Shown: in pieces, positions 1 through 10,098 of the stretch | Position numbering within the stretch: the first letter of the stretch is position 1 | Layout: each line of letters begins with the position of its first letter | IMG/VR virus record: IMGVR_UViG_3300044680_000280 | Location: 62,001 to 126,000 of that record | Direction: 5' to 3' (one strand) | Length of the DNA stretch: 64,000 nucleotides | Notes under the pieces: generated by a model | Database searches by the model: none | The model's input: only the letters and a program-made list of their open reading frames with translations | Told to the model about the DNA's origin: nothing | Made by a program: the position numbers and the translations under genes

Positions 1-1961
1 TAGAGGAGTCCGTCCGATGAGCTGGAATCCGTGATCCTTAGGGTACGACCGTACATGGCTCCAGTCTGGGAACCCATGGAAGACCATGTGTAGGGCTGGA
101 ACTGAGTGGGAAGAGTTCGGCCACCGTAACTGAATAGGGGCGACGACTGGTCTGGAAAGAAGCACAACTGAATGACTCGGTTACCGTCATCAATGGCCGC
201 CATTACTGAGTTCGGCGAAATCCCATGGGTGAAGGTTCGAAGTTGCACAGAAACGTCGAGGACGACGTCCGAGGAGATCGACAAAAGTGGTTCGATGCGG
301 TCATACCCTCGGAAATCTCCGCCTATGAGTCCGACTTGGCTCTCAACGCTTGTTGTCGTAGCGCTCGTCGAATCGATAATCAGAGACTTAGCAAGAGCGG
401 TTGAGAGGAGAGTTTCCGTGCCCGCGTACCCTATGGGCGTCCACGGTTGAGACGCCGCCTCTGGGGTGGTCGTACCCTCATAGCTCACGAAGACAGATGG
501 TGCTGTCTGAAGAGGGTTCGTCGGAATGATGTCGTACTTGACGAAATCCCATAGAGAGGTGTTGACCGACTCATAGGACATCGACCCAAAGAAAACGCCC
601 TGGAGCTGATTGAACGGTGCCGTGAGCTCCTCAAGTGCAGGGAGTTGGCTCTCCAGAACTTGAAGCGTAGGCGTAACGTCTCCATCCAGGTAAACAGAGA
701 TGTTTCCTGACGGATCCCGAAAGAGTCGGTAGCTGTGGATAACGGTCCAGTCCAACGTAGCGGGGGAGCCCGTTGGACTTCCGTTTGAAATTCCCCCACT
801 CCAAGCTGTAATAACCGACGGGTCATTTCCACCCCCCGATACGAGGAGTCCAATCTGATTGACACCCCCGCTCGTAAGGTACCCGAGAACAATGGCTTTG
901 GATGAATCCGAGTAACCCGCCGCAATGCCCGTGAAAACTCCTTCAGTTGTCGTAGCGATCGTGATGTAATTTCGCCATGTAGCTGCAAAGACATGCTGAA
1001 AAGTGAGATCGACTTGACGCGTCCAAAATAGCACCCGCCCATTTGGAAAGGGACCAGCCACAGTCTTCGTGACAGTCAGAAGGCTGTTGGCGATAGACGT
1101 TGTGCCCGTACCTGTTCGATCCCACGGGGCAATCGGATCGTTTTCGGGAAGGGCCGTCGCCCCGTAAGAAACGAAGGTCGAGGTCACTTCCCTTGAAAGG
1201 GGCGGGTATGCGATCTTGTGAAGGGGTGAATTCAGAACAAGAAGGTTCGGATCGTTCAAAACCGCAGTGTACGCCCGCTCGTAGGCACGGTACTTGAGAT
1301 CTCTTTGTTGAGGCTGAGGAAGAGTCGATTGGGAATTGCTCGGAACGTAATTGCTGGGGACGATGAGCTGATTGTTGTAGCGGTATTTGTGACCTGTACC
1401 GTCATCGGCATATCCCACGTCACGGTTCCAGGAATTCAAGCGAAACGCAGGACTATTCAACGAGCGAAAATCAACCGTAGGGTTCTCAATCCAAGAATAG
1501 GAGACTTTGACATCATCTCCCGGGTTTGGGGGATTCGTCAGAATGATCTGTCCAAGAAGCCCGTTCACCTGTTCTGGGATAACCTGAACGTTGTTGATGA
1601 GAACCGTGACATCATCGGCTCTCTCGGCAATTTGCCCGTTACGTGGGTCAAAAACCTCCCAGGAGATGTCAGTATTGTCTGGGTCCGGAAGGTAGAAGCA
1701 TGACACGAGCTTGACAGCCGTCGTGCTCAAAATCGTTGCAATGCGGTACGTGCCCGCATTAACGTTCGTCCCACTCAGAGTAACGTAGAGCCCGAGCATG
1801 GACGGGGTGATGAGGCCGCCGGGCAGCACAACCGTAACTGGGTCCAGAATGGTTGCCCCCGATCCGCTCGCCAGGGTAAGCGGAGGTCTTGATATTGGCC
1901 CATGATCGACGAAAATCGACCTAGAGGTTATAGCCGGGGTTGTTGTGACCGCGAAACTCAT
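1..1961 (-). CDS. Large virion structural protein, partial (runs off the window start; >650 aa; absent from the ORF track)
   Basis: ATG at 1961 overlaps the TGA of the 2706-aa gene (ATGA). Manual translation MSFAVTTTPAITSRSIFVDHGPISRPP... stays open to position 1. It has three spaced motifs (FVSYGATALPENDPIAPW, FVSYEGTTTPEAASQPW, FSYGGRTLPTQFQPYTW) suggesting repeated beta-sandwich domains. Confidence 0.85.
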   Translation of the reverse strand, partial: MSFAVTTTPAITSRSIFVDHGPISRPPLTLASGSGATILDPVTVVLPGGLITPSMLGLYVTLSGTNVNAGTYRIATILSTTAVKLVSCFYLPDPDNTDISWEVFDPRNGQIAERADDVTVLINNVQVIPEQVNGLLGQIILTNPPNPGDDVKVSYSWIENPTVDFRSLNSPAFRLNSWNRDVGYADDGTGHKYRYNNQLIVPSNYVPSNSQSTLPQPQQRDLKYRAYERAYTAVLNDPNLLVLNSPLHKIAYPPLSREVTSTFVSYGATALPENDPIAPWDRTGTGTTSIANSLLTVTKTVAGPFPNGRVLFWTRQVDLTFQHVFAATWRNYITIATTTEGVFTGIAAGYSDSSKAIVLGYLTSGGVNQIGLLVSGGGNDPSVITAWSGGISNGSPTGSPATLDWTVIHSYRLFRDPSGNISVYLDGDVTPTLQVLESQLPALEELTAPFNQLQGVFFGSMSYESVNTSLWDFVKYDIIPTNPLQTAPSVFVSYEGTTTPEAASQPWTPIGYAGTETLLSTALAKSLIIDSTSATTTSVESQVGLIGGDFRGYDRIEPLLSISSDVVLDVSVQLRTFTHGISPNSVMAAIDDGNRVIQLCFFPDQSSPLFSYGGRTLPTQFQPYTWSSMGSQTGAMYGRTLRITDSSSSDGLL

Positions 1962-4900
1962 TGATTTGTCACATAATTTCTGGATATGTCTTTGGGACCA
2001 CCAATTTCTGTATCGAAGACCGTGGCGAATCCTGTGACGGTTGACGTGCCATACACTGTTCCCATTAGATTAGAAACGAATTCGACGTTCCCGGTGACGT
2101 CACAGGAACCGTCCGACTCTCCTGCGGCATCGATGGGGATAGCGTAGTCGGCAACGCACTCGGAGTTCGACGTAATGTTGGCACCGACTCCAATTGTGGT
2201 CGTTGCGGACGCGATGATCGTAGAGTTGGCATCGATTGTGGACGTATCGTGACCGTGGACGAAGATCGTGAGGGAATCACTGGTCGAAACCGCATCCGAA
2301 AGGGTCTCGCGATGATTGACGTTAATCGCATAGCTATTGGGCACGCACACGGAGTTGGCGGTGACCGTCGAGGAGACATTGAGAGTCTTAGTACCGTTTG
2401 CAGTGATCGAGGAGTTGGCCGTGACGGTCGCGGTGTCTGTCTTATAGTTGGCACCGATATTGGCTGTAACTGTAGAGTTTGCCGTAATGGCCGATTGACC
2501 GGTTACATTGGTAATAGCTTCAACCGTGAGAGTGGCGTATGCCTCAATGTTGACGTAGCCCGCCGCCTGCTGGTAGATGACATTTCCACCAACGATACAC
2601 CCGGACTCGGAGAAGCCCTGTCCGAATACGGCTCCACCAAGGAGGCCCGTAAGGTAAGAGGTACCGTAGCCAGCCGAGGCAATGCTTTGAACGACCTGTT
2701 CTCTGACCCCAGTGGTCGAAAGACCCGTAACTGCCCCAGAAATGTGATTTGCATATTCCGCATTTCCAGTAATGGTACCGACACCATCGGCTTCACATGG
2801 ATTGTCCCCGTAATACTGATTGCCAGGACCCATTATGGCCGTGGCCATGCCGGTAATAGAACCCGCAATATGGTTGTCAAACTCCGCGTCGCCGGACACG
2901 GTCGCGAACCCGTCCACCGTATTGAGGCTGGGAGCCCAGATCTTCCTGATACCACCATAGAGCTGACCGGTAGCGCCAGAGACGTCGGCTCCCGCATAAA
3001 CCCTGTCGAGGGTCAGAGTTGTGTCGTTCTGGATGGATTCAATGAGATAGTATCCCGATCCGCCTGGGGCTGTGCCGCCGTAGAATTGAAGTATTTCACT
3101 CGCGTATAGTTGGGTCGTGAAGGAAGTTCCGACTCCAGCAACCACTGCGGTCCCATTCGTTAGCGTAAACGTACCCGTGGCAGTCTCATTGAGATTGCTG
3201 AGTTCGGTTACATTGCAGGAGCCAGACGTCGAACCAGAAATGTGATTCGTGTACTCGACATCACCCGTAAGGGTCGACGAACCGCCAGCACCAATATCCC
3301 CACCATCGACGGGGCTAAGGGCAATGATGAGGCCGATGTTAGCCTCAACGTAGGAAAGACCGTACGTAAGACCCTCAATCCAATTGGCGGGTTCAACGAA
3401 GCCCTGGACATAACACTCACCTCGGCACGTAATACCCTGGTAAAGGGAAGCACCAGTCGAGGTCGTTCCCGTGTAGGACGTGCTCAAGGTGAGAGACGTT
3501 TCACTGGAGATTGACTGGATGTAGTAAGTACCTGTTGCAGCCGGCGAACCCTCTCGGAAAGTTAGGGACTGGCCGATGTACAGGTTCAGGAAACTCGTAC
3601 CGGTTCCAGTAACCGTTGCAGAACCATTCGTCAGGGCAACCGTCCCCTCGAGCTTCTGGAACTGCACCGAGATGAGCATCGTCGAGGCGATGAGGTCGAC
3701 GGTTGCGGTCCCGCTAATCGTTTGGAACGGCGCGTACAATGCAGCAACGTTGTCCGAGTCCGTAAGAGTCTCGAAACTATCCGTGAGGGTCTCGTGAACT
3801 CCTCGACTGACCTTGAGCTTGTCGCTCGTTGTCATCGAATCCGAAGCAGACGGATAGTACTTGGCCGTCGCGGAAGCCGTAGTGGTCGCCGAACCATTGA
3901 GACTCGTGGCCCCAGACGCAACAATCACGGTAACCAGGGAGTCCTTGGTGGTCACCGTGTCAGAGACGTTCGCATTCAAAACAACAATCGAACCCGCCTG
4001 ATCCGAAATTGCAATCGTGTCGGAAACCGACTGATGTAGTTCAGCATTGACGTTAGCCGTGACACTAGAGTCAGCCAAAACGGACGAGGTTCCCGTAGCA
4101 TTGATATAGTTCGTCAGGGAGTCGGACGTGGTGGCCGTGTCGGAAACCCCCTCCACCACCGTATGAACAACGGCAAGGGAGTCGGAAACTGTAAAGTCAT
4201 CGGAGACATTTTCGAAGTAGTTCGAGTTCTGACGGGCCGTGAGGGACGAGTCGGCGGTGATCGATGCATTCGCCGTAAAATTGGCGTCCGTCTGAATGGA
4301 GTCACTGATCGAAACAGAATCGGAGAGGTTTTCGTAGATGACAATGACAGCGGTTAGAGAATCCGTGACTGTAATCGTATCCGACGCGTGAATCTCATCG
4401 TCAGCAAGCGGAGATGCCGTGACCGAGGCACTTGCATTTAGAGATGCGGTAACCTCAAAAGATGCCGACGTGTTAAGGCTATCCGTAGGGGTAATCGTAT
4501 CGGACAGTTGCTCGTTAACAACGATGACGGCGACGAGCGAGTCGCTGATCGTAATGGTGTCAGAGAGTCGAGCCTCATCCTCGTCCGTAGCATTTGCTGT
4601 AACCGAGGAACTCGCGGAGAGGGAAGCGTCCGTTCCAAAAGATGCCGAGCTCGAAAGGGAGTCAGAATAGGCGACCGAGTCAGAAAGATTCTCGTAGGCG
4701 ACTATGACTGAACTGAAGGAATCGCTGATTGTAATAGTATCGGAAATGGGCTCGATGTGGTCAGCCGTAATAGCGGCTACGAAGGAGTCCGAGCCGTCAA
4801 GCATCGCTGAGGCTTCGTAAGATGATGTGCCAGTCAAAGAGTCGCTGATCGAGATTGTGTCGGAGATGTTTTGGGTGATGACACTCAGGACTGTCAGGGA

Positions 4901-7900
4901 GTCGGACGTGGTGACCGTATCCGAAAGGCTCTCGCGGAGGTTGGCGGTAGCGCTGGCCGTAACGGTGGAATCCCCATTAATCGAAGACGAGGCAGTGAAG
5001 TTTGCATCCGTGTATAGATAATCAGAGGATGTAATCGTGTCCGACAGAGTCTCATGGAGCACGACGATGGCCGAAGCGGTGTCGGTAATCGAGATTGAAT
5101 CGGAGATATCGACTTCCTCGTACGCATTGGAACTTGCCGTCACCGAAGACGTGCCATTGAGGGAGGCGGCTACAGTGAAGTTCGCATCCGCTGTGAGGGA
5201 ATCGGAGCACCCGATTGTGTCGGACAAGGACTCGTGGAATACAACGATTCCGGTCGCCGAGTCCGTGATCGTGATGACGTCGGATAGATAAACATAGTCA
5301 TCCGCCGTAACGTTTGCTGTCAGGGACGATGAACCGTCGAGGGTCGCGGATGCCGTGAAGCTGGCGTCTGCTGTTAGGCTATCCGAAGTGGTGACCGAAT
5401 CCGAAACGCTCTCATGAAGAACGACGATTCCGGTAACCGAGTCCGTGATCGTGACGGTGTCCGAGAGGTGGATTTCATCGTCTCCCGTTACCGAAGCGGA
5501 CAAGGACGCGGAGCCGTCCAGGGTAGCAGTCGCATGAACGTCGGCACTGGTCTGTAGGAAGTCCGTAAGAGAAATGGTGTCCGACAGGCTTTCGGTAAAG
5601 ACAACAACCGAGCTGACGGAATCCGTGATTGAGATCGTATCGGAGAGGTGAAGTTCGTCCTCTCCAGTGGCATTAGCCGTGACCGAGGAGTCAGCGGAGA
5701 TGGTCGACACCACGAAGTAGGCGGCGTCGGTCTGAAGGGAGTCTGTATAGCTAACCGAGTCCGACAGGTTCTCATTGATTACGATGACCGCGGTTAGGGA
5801 GTCACTGATAGAGATCGTATCGGATAGGTGAAGCTCATCGTCTGCCGTCACGCTCGCGGTGAGCGTAGAACTGGCCGAAATGGCCGAGGCTGCCTCGAAA
5901 GACGCAAAACTGGTAAGAGAGTCCTCGTACGTCGTTGTGTCAGAGACGCTAACAGTAAGAACCACCTGAGCGGTCAGAGAATCGCTACTAGTAATCGAAT
6001 CGGAAATAGTGATGATATGATCGGCTGTGATAGCGGCTACGAAGGAGTCGGAACCATCGAGCATCGCCGAGGCTTCGTAATCCGCAGTGCTCGTCAAGGA
6101 GTCACTGATTGAGACCGAGTCCGACACGCTAACAGTAAGAACCACCTGAGCGGTCAGAGAATCGTAGATGCTGATTGTGTCAGAAACTGACGTGGGGTAA
6201 TTCGAATTCGACCGAGCCGTGATAGACGAGTCCCCATCTATCGATGCGGAGACCGCATGGTTAGCGCTTGTACTGAGGAAGTCCGAAGTGCTGATCGAGT
6301 CAGATAGTGCTTCGTAGGCAACAACGATTGCGGAGACGGAGTCCGTGGCCGAAATCGTGTCCGAGAGGTGGAGTTCATCATCTGCCGTCGCGGCGGCCGT
6401 AAGAGAGGAGCTTCCGTTGAGGTTCGAATGCGCCGTGAAGTTGGCGTCCGTTTGAATCGAATCGGCATAGGTAATCGTATCCGAGGGACTCTCGTACACA
6501 ACGATGACCGCGGTCAGAGAATCGGAGATGCTGATTGTATCAGTGACAGACCCGCTATCGTGAGCCGTAATACTAGCGGAAACCGATGAAGTTCCGTCGA
6601 TGGTCGAGGTTCCCGTATGACTGGCTACGGCCTGAAGAGAATCGGTCGAAGTGATCGTATCCGAGATGTTGGCTTGGATGACGACAACCGCAGTCAGGAT
6701 GTCACTGACCGTAATGGTGTCCGAAAGCGTCTCGACGTGCGAGGCCGTGACGCTAGCAGAAACCGAGGCGTCGGCGTCGATGGTTGAGGTTGCAGTGAAG
6801 TTGGCGTCAGTTTCCAGGGTGTCGGAATAGGTGACAGTGTCCGAAACGTTTGCGTGGACGATGATAACTGACGTTACCGAGTCAGAAATAGACACGGAGT
6901 CAGATACGGAGGCGGCATCGTGGGCTGTGATGCTGGCCGAAACCGAGGAACTCGCCGTGAGGGACGCTTGAACCTGATGGTTCGCATCCGTCTGGAGGGA
7001 ATCCGAAATGGTGACCGTATCGGAAACGTTCTTGTAGATCGTGAGGGTCGTCGACAGGGAGTCCGATATGGTGACAGTATCGGAAAGGCTCTCAACGTGA
7101 TCAGCGGTGATCGCCGCCAAGAGGGAGTCGGTTCCGTCTATGACCGCGAACGCCTGGTAGCTCGCATCCGTGGTCAGAGAATCGGTACAGGTAATCGTAT
7201 CCGAGAGAGAAGGTATACCCGAGAGAACAACGGAAAGTGAATCCGAGAAGGTGACAGTGTCTGAGACAGGGTTTAGGTAATTGGAGTTGCTTCGAGCTGA
7301 GCAGGTCGAGTTCGCCGTCAGTGAGGCGGCCACTTCCCTTATGGCAATGGCAGAGGCCGTGTCTGAGTACGTGATCGTATCTGAAACGTTCGCATTGAGG
7401 ACGACGGTTGCGGTAACCGAGTCCGTGGCACTGACCGTATCAGACAAACTTGCCTTATGCTGAGCAAGGGCCGAAGCGGATACGGATGCAGAACCGCTCA
7501 AACTCGAGGCGGCCGTATGATTGGCGTATGCGGTGAGAGAATCCGTATAGGTAACCGTGTCCGAAACGCTTCGATGAACCGTGGTTATGCACGTGACCGA
7601 ATCAGTAGTCGAGATCGTGTCACTGAGAGATATGACTCGATTCGCTTGAGCCGATAGGGAGTCCGTGGCCGAAATCGTATCGGAAAGGGATTGGATATGA
7701 TTCGCGTCAATGGAAAGAGAATCGGTGACCGAAACCGTGTCGGAGACGCTTACCGACAACACAATGATTGAGGACAGAGAGTCCGAAATTGAGATCGTGT
7801 CTGATAGACTCGGATTGTGTTGCGCGAGAGCTGAAGCCGTGAAAGACGAGCTGGCGGATAGAGAGGAAGCAGCGACCTTATTCGGATGGGCCGTAACAGA

Positions 7901-10078
7901 ATCAGTGCACGTAAGGGTGTCAGCAAGTGGAATACTGTTATTCCTGCCGACTGCCAAGGAATCGGATACCGCAATTGTGTCACTGACCGAGATATGGTGA
8001 CCAGCAGAGGGCGAAAGAGAGTCAGAAATTGTAATCGAGTCGGACGTGCTGATAGCTCCGTACGTCCGTTGTTTCTGAAGTGGTTGTCGACGTCTCGGAA
8101 GCTTTGCGTAGTAGGGAACGGGCGGGTCGGCGCCCTGAGTGGCCGTGTTCGCTGATGTGTTGATATTCGCCGTGGTGGCGGTGGTGCCCGTATAAGGTTG
8201 GGCTAGAGTGAGCTGACCATTTCCCATTGTGTAACCACTATTCGTGGGAACAGTGGTCGTCATGGTCATGGAGGTGGAACTGTTAATTGATGATATCGTA
8301 TACGTGCCAGTTGCCGTCTCGCTCTCATAGTATAGAGTTACGGTTTGACCTGGGAATAGGTGAGTAAAATCCCCAGTATCAACTGCCCCTACGCCCCCGA
8401 CGGTGTTGCTTGCGGTGAGCGTTGTGGTGCCATTCGCATTTATACCGCAACTGCAATTGTAAATGGCTGCAATCGTGTACAACGGAGAAACGGTAACACC
8501 CACGGGACCCAATGGGGTAACGGACACTCCTGAGGTGTTCGCCGAACTGGTGTAATTCGTTGTTAGAGTCAACGAAGTGGTACTAGAGATGCTCTGAATG
8601 ACATAGGTGCCAGATGCGGTAGGGGAGCCCCCGCTAAAAGTTATCGATTGACCCGCAGCAAGATTCGTTGTAAAGCTGGTACTGGTACCAGTAACGGTTG
8701 CAGAACCATTAGTGAGGGCGACCGTACCTGGAATAGTGGATGGGGACCCTTGGTATGGGGTCGTCAAAGTCAGTGCGGTGTTACTCGAAATGGAAGCGAT
8801 GGTGTAAATACCGACCGATAGTAAGGCTCCAATTGTCGTTGCCGAGGCATAGTTCGTTGTTAGTGTCAGAGACGTTGTACTCGCAATAGCCGCGATAACG
8901 TAGGTGCCGGATGCGGTTGACGAGCTACCAGACGAGGCGCCACCACTGAACGTAACCGTCTGTCCTACAACCAAGGTAGTTGTAAAACTAGTGCCAGAGC
9001 CTGTTACTGTAGCCGATCCATTGGTAACAGTGACAGTACCTCCAATGGTACCTGGACCAGTAGAGAAGGAAATGGGTTGCCCGACAGCAAGCAGGGTTGA
9101 AAAACTAGTGCTCGTACCTGTAACTGTCGTTGAGCCATAAGTGAGTGCGGCAGTGCCGGCTATACTAGATTGAGAGGAAAAGGATACGATTTGCCCAGGG
9201 TACAACTGGTTCAAGTAGTTGTAGTTCCACGACAGAATCGTGGTTGGTGCCGTCGGAGTGACCGTGGTTGAACCGTTTGTAACCGAGTTCTGAAGACTTA
9301 CAATTGAGAACCCCGACCCGTTCCCCAAAAGGGTGTACGTAGCGCTAGTTCCAGCAAATGGCCTTAATGCAAATTCAACATTGTAGAAGTTCGGGGCTTG
9401 GTTGTTGAGGTCTGTTTCTCTAGTAAATGGCCAGTATCCGTAAAGGGTATTCAGATTGTCATATGTGGGGGAGAGTTGCTCGGACTCCCTTTCAATGGCC
9501 GCAATCGGCAGAGCCTCCAGCCACATTTTCAGACCAGATATCGAACCTATGAAGGTGTTCTGGAATGTGTTTGTGTACGTGTAGGCGCCGTAGTTGTAAT
9601 TGATACCCAGGCAAAATGTCTGCCCGAGCACTTGTGGGATAGTGGTGTTAGTGTAGTAACTGAGTGAGCTAGTAGGTGTGCCCACAGCCTTCGCAAAAAT
9701 GGTGACAACCGTAGAGGCCGTGTAGGCACTCATCGTCATTCCGACGAAGTACCATTGGTTGTTCTGTAGGGAGACAGTGGATCCGCTTGTAGTGACAACC
9801 GTAGAGGTAGGATCTCCCACCGCTAGAGTGAGCAGACCGGGGGACCCCGCTGCACCCGCGGAACCTTCAATAACTAGAGCGATAGTAGAGCCGCTGGCCG
9901 TCGAGGCCATCTGAAACAAGTAGGCATACGGGGCCCCGCTGCCGTTGTTGTTCAACGACTGAAAGTGCTGCATGTTGATAAACATGCAGATGGTGAAGCC
10001 GTAACCGTTCGAAGAAATGAGCGCGGGAGAGGGGGTCGCTACGAGACCGCCGGCACCTCCTGATAGGTATAAGGACAC
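1958..10078 (-). CDS. Giant fibre/adhesin-like virion protein (2706 aa): N-terminal LamG/ConA-like domain, nested TNGS modules, long Ser/Asp/Thr repeat stalk
   Basis: LamG-type motifs (QWYFVGMT...FIGSISGLKMW...LYGYWP), seven TNGS modules and ~1,400 aa of SDTITISDSL-type repeats; lies in the fibre gene cluster. Confidence 0.75.
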   Translation of the reverse strand: MSLYLSGGAGGLVATPSPALISSNGYGFTICMFINMQHFQSLNNNGSGAPYAYLFQMASTASGSTIALVIEGSAGAAGSPGLLTLAVGDPTSTVVTTSGSTVSLQNNQWYFVGMTMSAYTASTVVTIFAKAVGTPTSSLSYYTNTTIPQVLGQTFCLGINYNYGAYTYTNTFQNTFIGSISGLKMWLEALPIAAIERESEQLSPTYDNLNTLYGYWPFTRETDLNNQAPNFYNVEFALRPFAGTSATYTLLGNGSGFSIVSLQNSVTNGSTTVTPTAPTTILSWNYNYLNQLYPGQIVSFSSQSSIAGTAALTYGSTTVTGTSTSFSTLLAVGQPISFSTGPGTIGGTVTVTNGSATVTGSGTSFTTTLVVGQTVTFSGGASSGSSSTASGTYVIAAIASTTSLTLTTNYASATTIGALLSVGIYTIASISSNTALTLTTPYQGSPSTIPGTVALTNGSATVTGTSTSFTTNLAAGQSITFSGGSPTASGTYVIQSISSTTSLTLTTNYTSSANTSGVSVTPLGPVGVTVSPLYTIAAIYNCSCGINANGTTTLTASNTVGGVGAVDTGDFTHLFPGQTVTLYYESETATGTYTISSINSSTSMTMTTTVPTNSGYTMGNGQLTLAQPYTGTTATTANINTSANTATQGADPPVPYYAKLPRRRQPLQKQRTYGAISTSDSITISDSLSPSAGHHISVSDTIAVSDSLAVGRNNSIPLADTLTCTDSVTAHPNKVAASSLSASSSFTASALAQHNPSLSDTISISDSLSSIIVLSVSVSDTVSVTDSLSIDANHIQSLSDTISATDSLSAQANRVISLSDTISTTDSVTCITTVHRSVSDTVTYTDSLTAYANHTAASSLSGSASVSASALAQHKASLSDTVSATDSVTATVVLNANVSDTITYSDTASAIAIREVAASLTANSTCSARSNSNYLNPVSDTVTFSDSLSVVLSGIPSLSDTITCTDSLTTDASYQAFAVIDGTDSLLAAITADHVESLSDTVTISDSLSTTLTIYKNVSDTVTISDSLQTDANHQVQASLTASSSVSASITAHDAASVSDSVSISDSVTSVIIVHANVSDTVTYSDTLETDANFTATSTIDADASVSASVTASHVETLSDTITVSDILTAVVVIQANISDTITSTDSLQAVASHTGTSTIDGTSSVSASITAHDSGSVTDTISISDSLTAVIVVYESPSDTITYADSIQTDANFTAHSNLNGSSSLTAAATADDELHLSDTISATDSVSAIVVAYEALSDSISTSDFLSTSANHAVSASIDGDSSITARSNSNYPTSVSDTISIYDSLTAQVVLTVSVSDSVSISDSLTSTADYEASAMLDGSDSFVAAITADHIITISDSITSSDSLTAQVVLTVSVSDTTTYEDSLTSFASFEAASAISASSTLTASVTADDELHLSDTISISDSLTAVIVINENLSDSVSYTDSLQTDAAYFVVSTISADSSVTANATGEDELHLSDTISITDSVSSVVVFTESLSDTISLTDFLQTSADVHATATLDGSASLSASVTGDDEIHLSDTVTITDSVTGIVVLHESVSDSVTTSDSLTADASFTASATLDGSSSLTANVTADDYVYLSDVITITDSATGIVVFHESLSDTIGCSDSLTADANFTVAASLNGTSSVTASSNAYEEVDISDSISITDTASAIVVLHETLSDTITSSDYLYTDANFTASSSINGDSTVTASATANLRESLSDTVTTSDSLTVLSVITQNISDTISISDSLTGTSSYEASAMLDGSDSFVAAITADHIEPISDTITISDSFSSVIVAYENLSDSVAYSDSLSSSASFGTDASLSASSSVTANATDEDEARLSDTITISDSLVAVIVVNEQLSDTITPTDSLNTSASFEVTASLNASASVTASPLADDEIHASDTITVTDSLTAVIVIYENLSDSVSISDSIQTDANFTANASITADSSLTARQNSNYFENVSDDFTVSDSLAVVHTVVEGVSDTATTSDSLTNYINATGTSSVLADSSVTANVNAELHQSVSDTIAISDQAGSIVVLNANVSDTVTTKDSLVTVIVASGATSLNGSATTTASATAKYYPSASDSMTTSDKLKVSRGVHETLTDSFETLTDSDNVAALYAPFQTISGTATVDLIASTMLISVQFQKLEGTVALTNGSATVTGTGTSFLNLYIGQSLTFREGSPAATGTYYIQSISSETSLTLSTSYTGTTSTGASLYQGITCRGECYVQGFVEPANWIEGLTYGLSYVEANIGLIIALSPVDGGDIGAGGSSTLTGDVEYTNHISGSTSGSCNVTELSNLNETATGTFTLTNGTAVVAGVGTSFTTQLYASEILQFYGGTAPGGSGYYLIESIQNDTTLTLDRVYAGADVSGATGQLYGGIRKIWAPSLNTVDGFATVSGDAEFDNHIAGSITGMATAIMGPGNQYYGDNPCEADGVGTITGNAEYANHISGAVTGLSTTGVREQVVQSIASAGYGTSYLTGLLGGAVFGQGFSESGCIVGGNVIYQQAAGYVNIEAYATLTVEAITNVTGQSAITANSTVTANIGANYKTDTATVTANSSITANGTKTLNVSSTVTANSVCVPNSYAINVNHRETLSDAVSTSDSLTIFVHGHDTSTIDANSTIIASATTTIGVGANITSNSECVADYAIPIDAAGESDGSCDVTGNVEFVSNLMGTVYGTSTVTGFATVFDTEIGGPKDISRNYVTNQ
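3745..8055 (-). repeat. Coding tandem repeat: ~20-aa units arranged in a 60-aa (180-nt) super-repeat
   Basis: Two SDxxxxSDSL units alternate with one LxGSSSxxA unit. A 39-nt identical DNA stretch occurs at 5946-5984 and 6126-6164, exactly 180 nt apart. Confidence 0.9.
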
Positions 10079-10098
10079 GTCAGATCAACCTTTCTAGG

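Noticed and set aside
3745-8055. Regular DNA repeats as a CRISPR array
   Set aside because: The repeats are degenerate, in frame and protein-coding, with no identical repeat plus unique spacer pattern.
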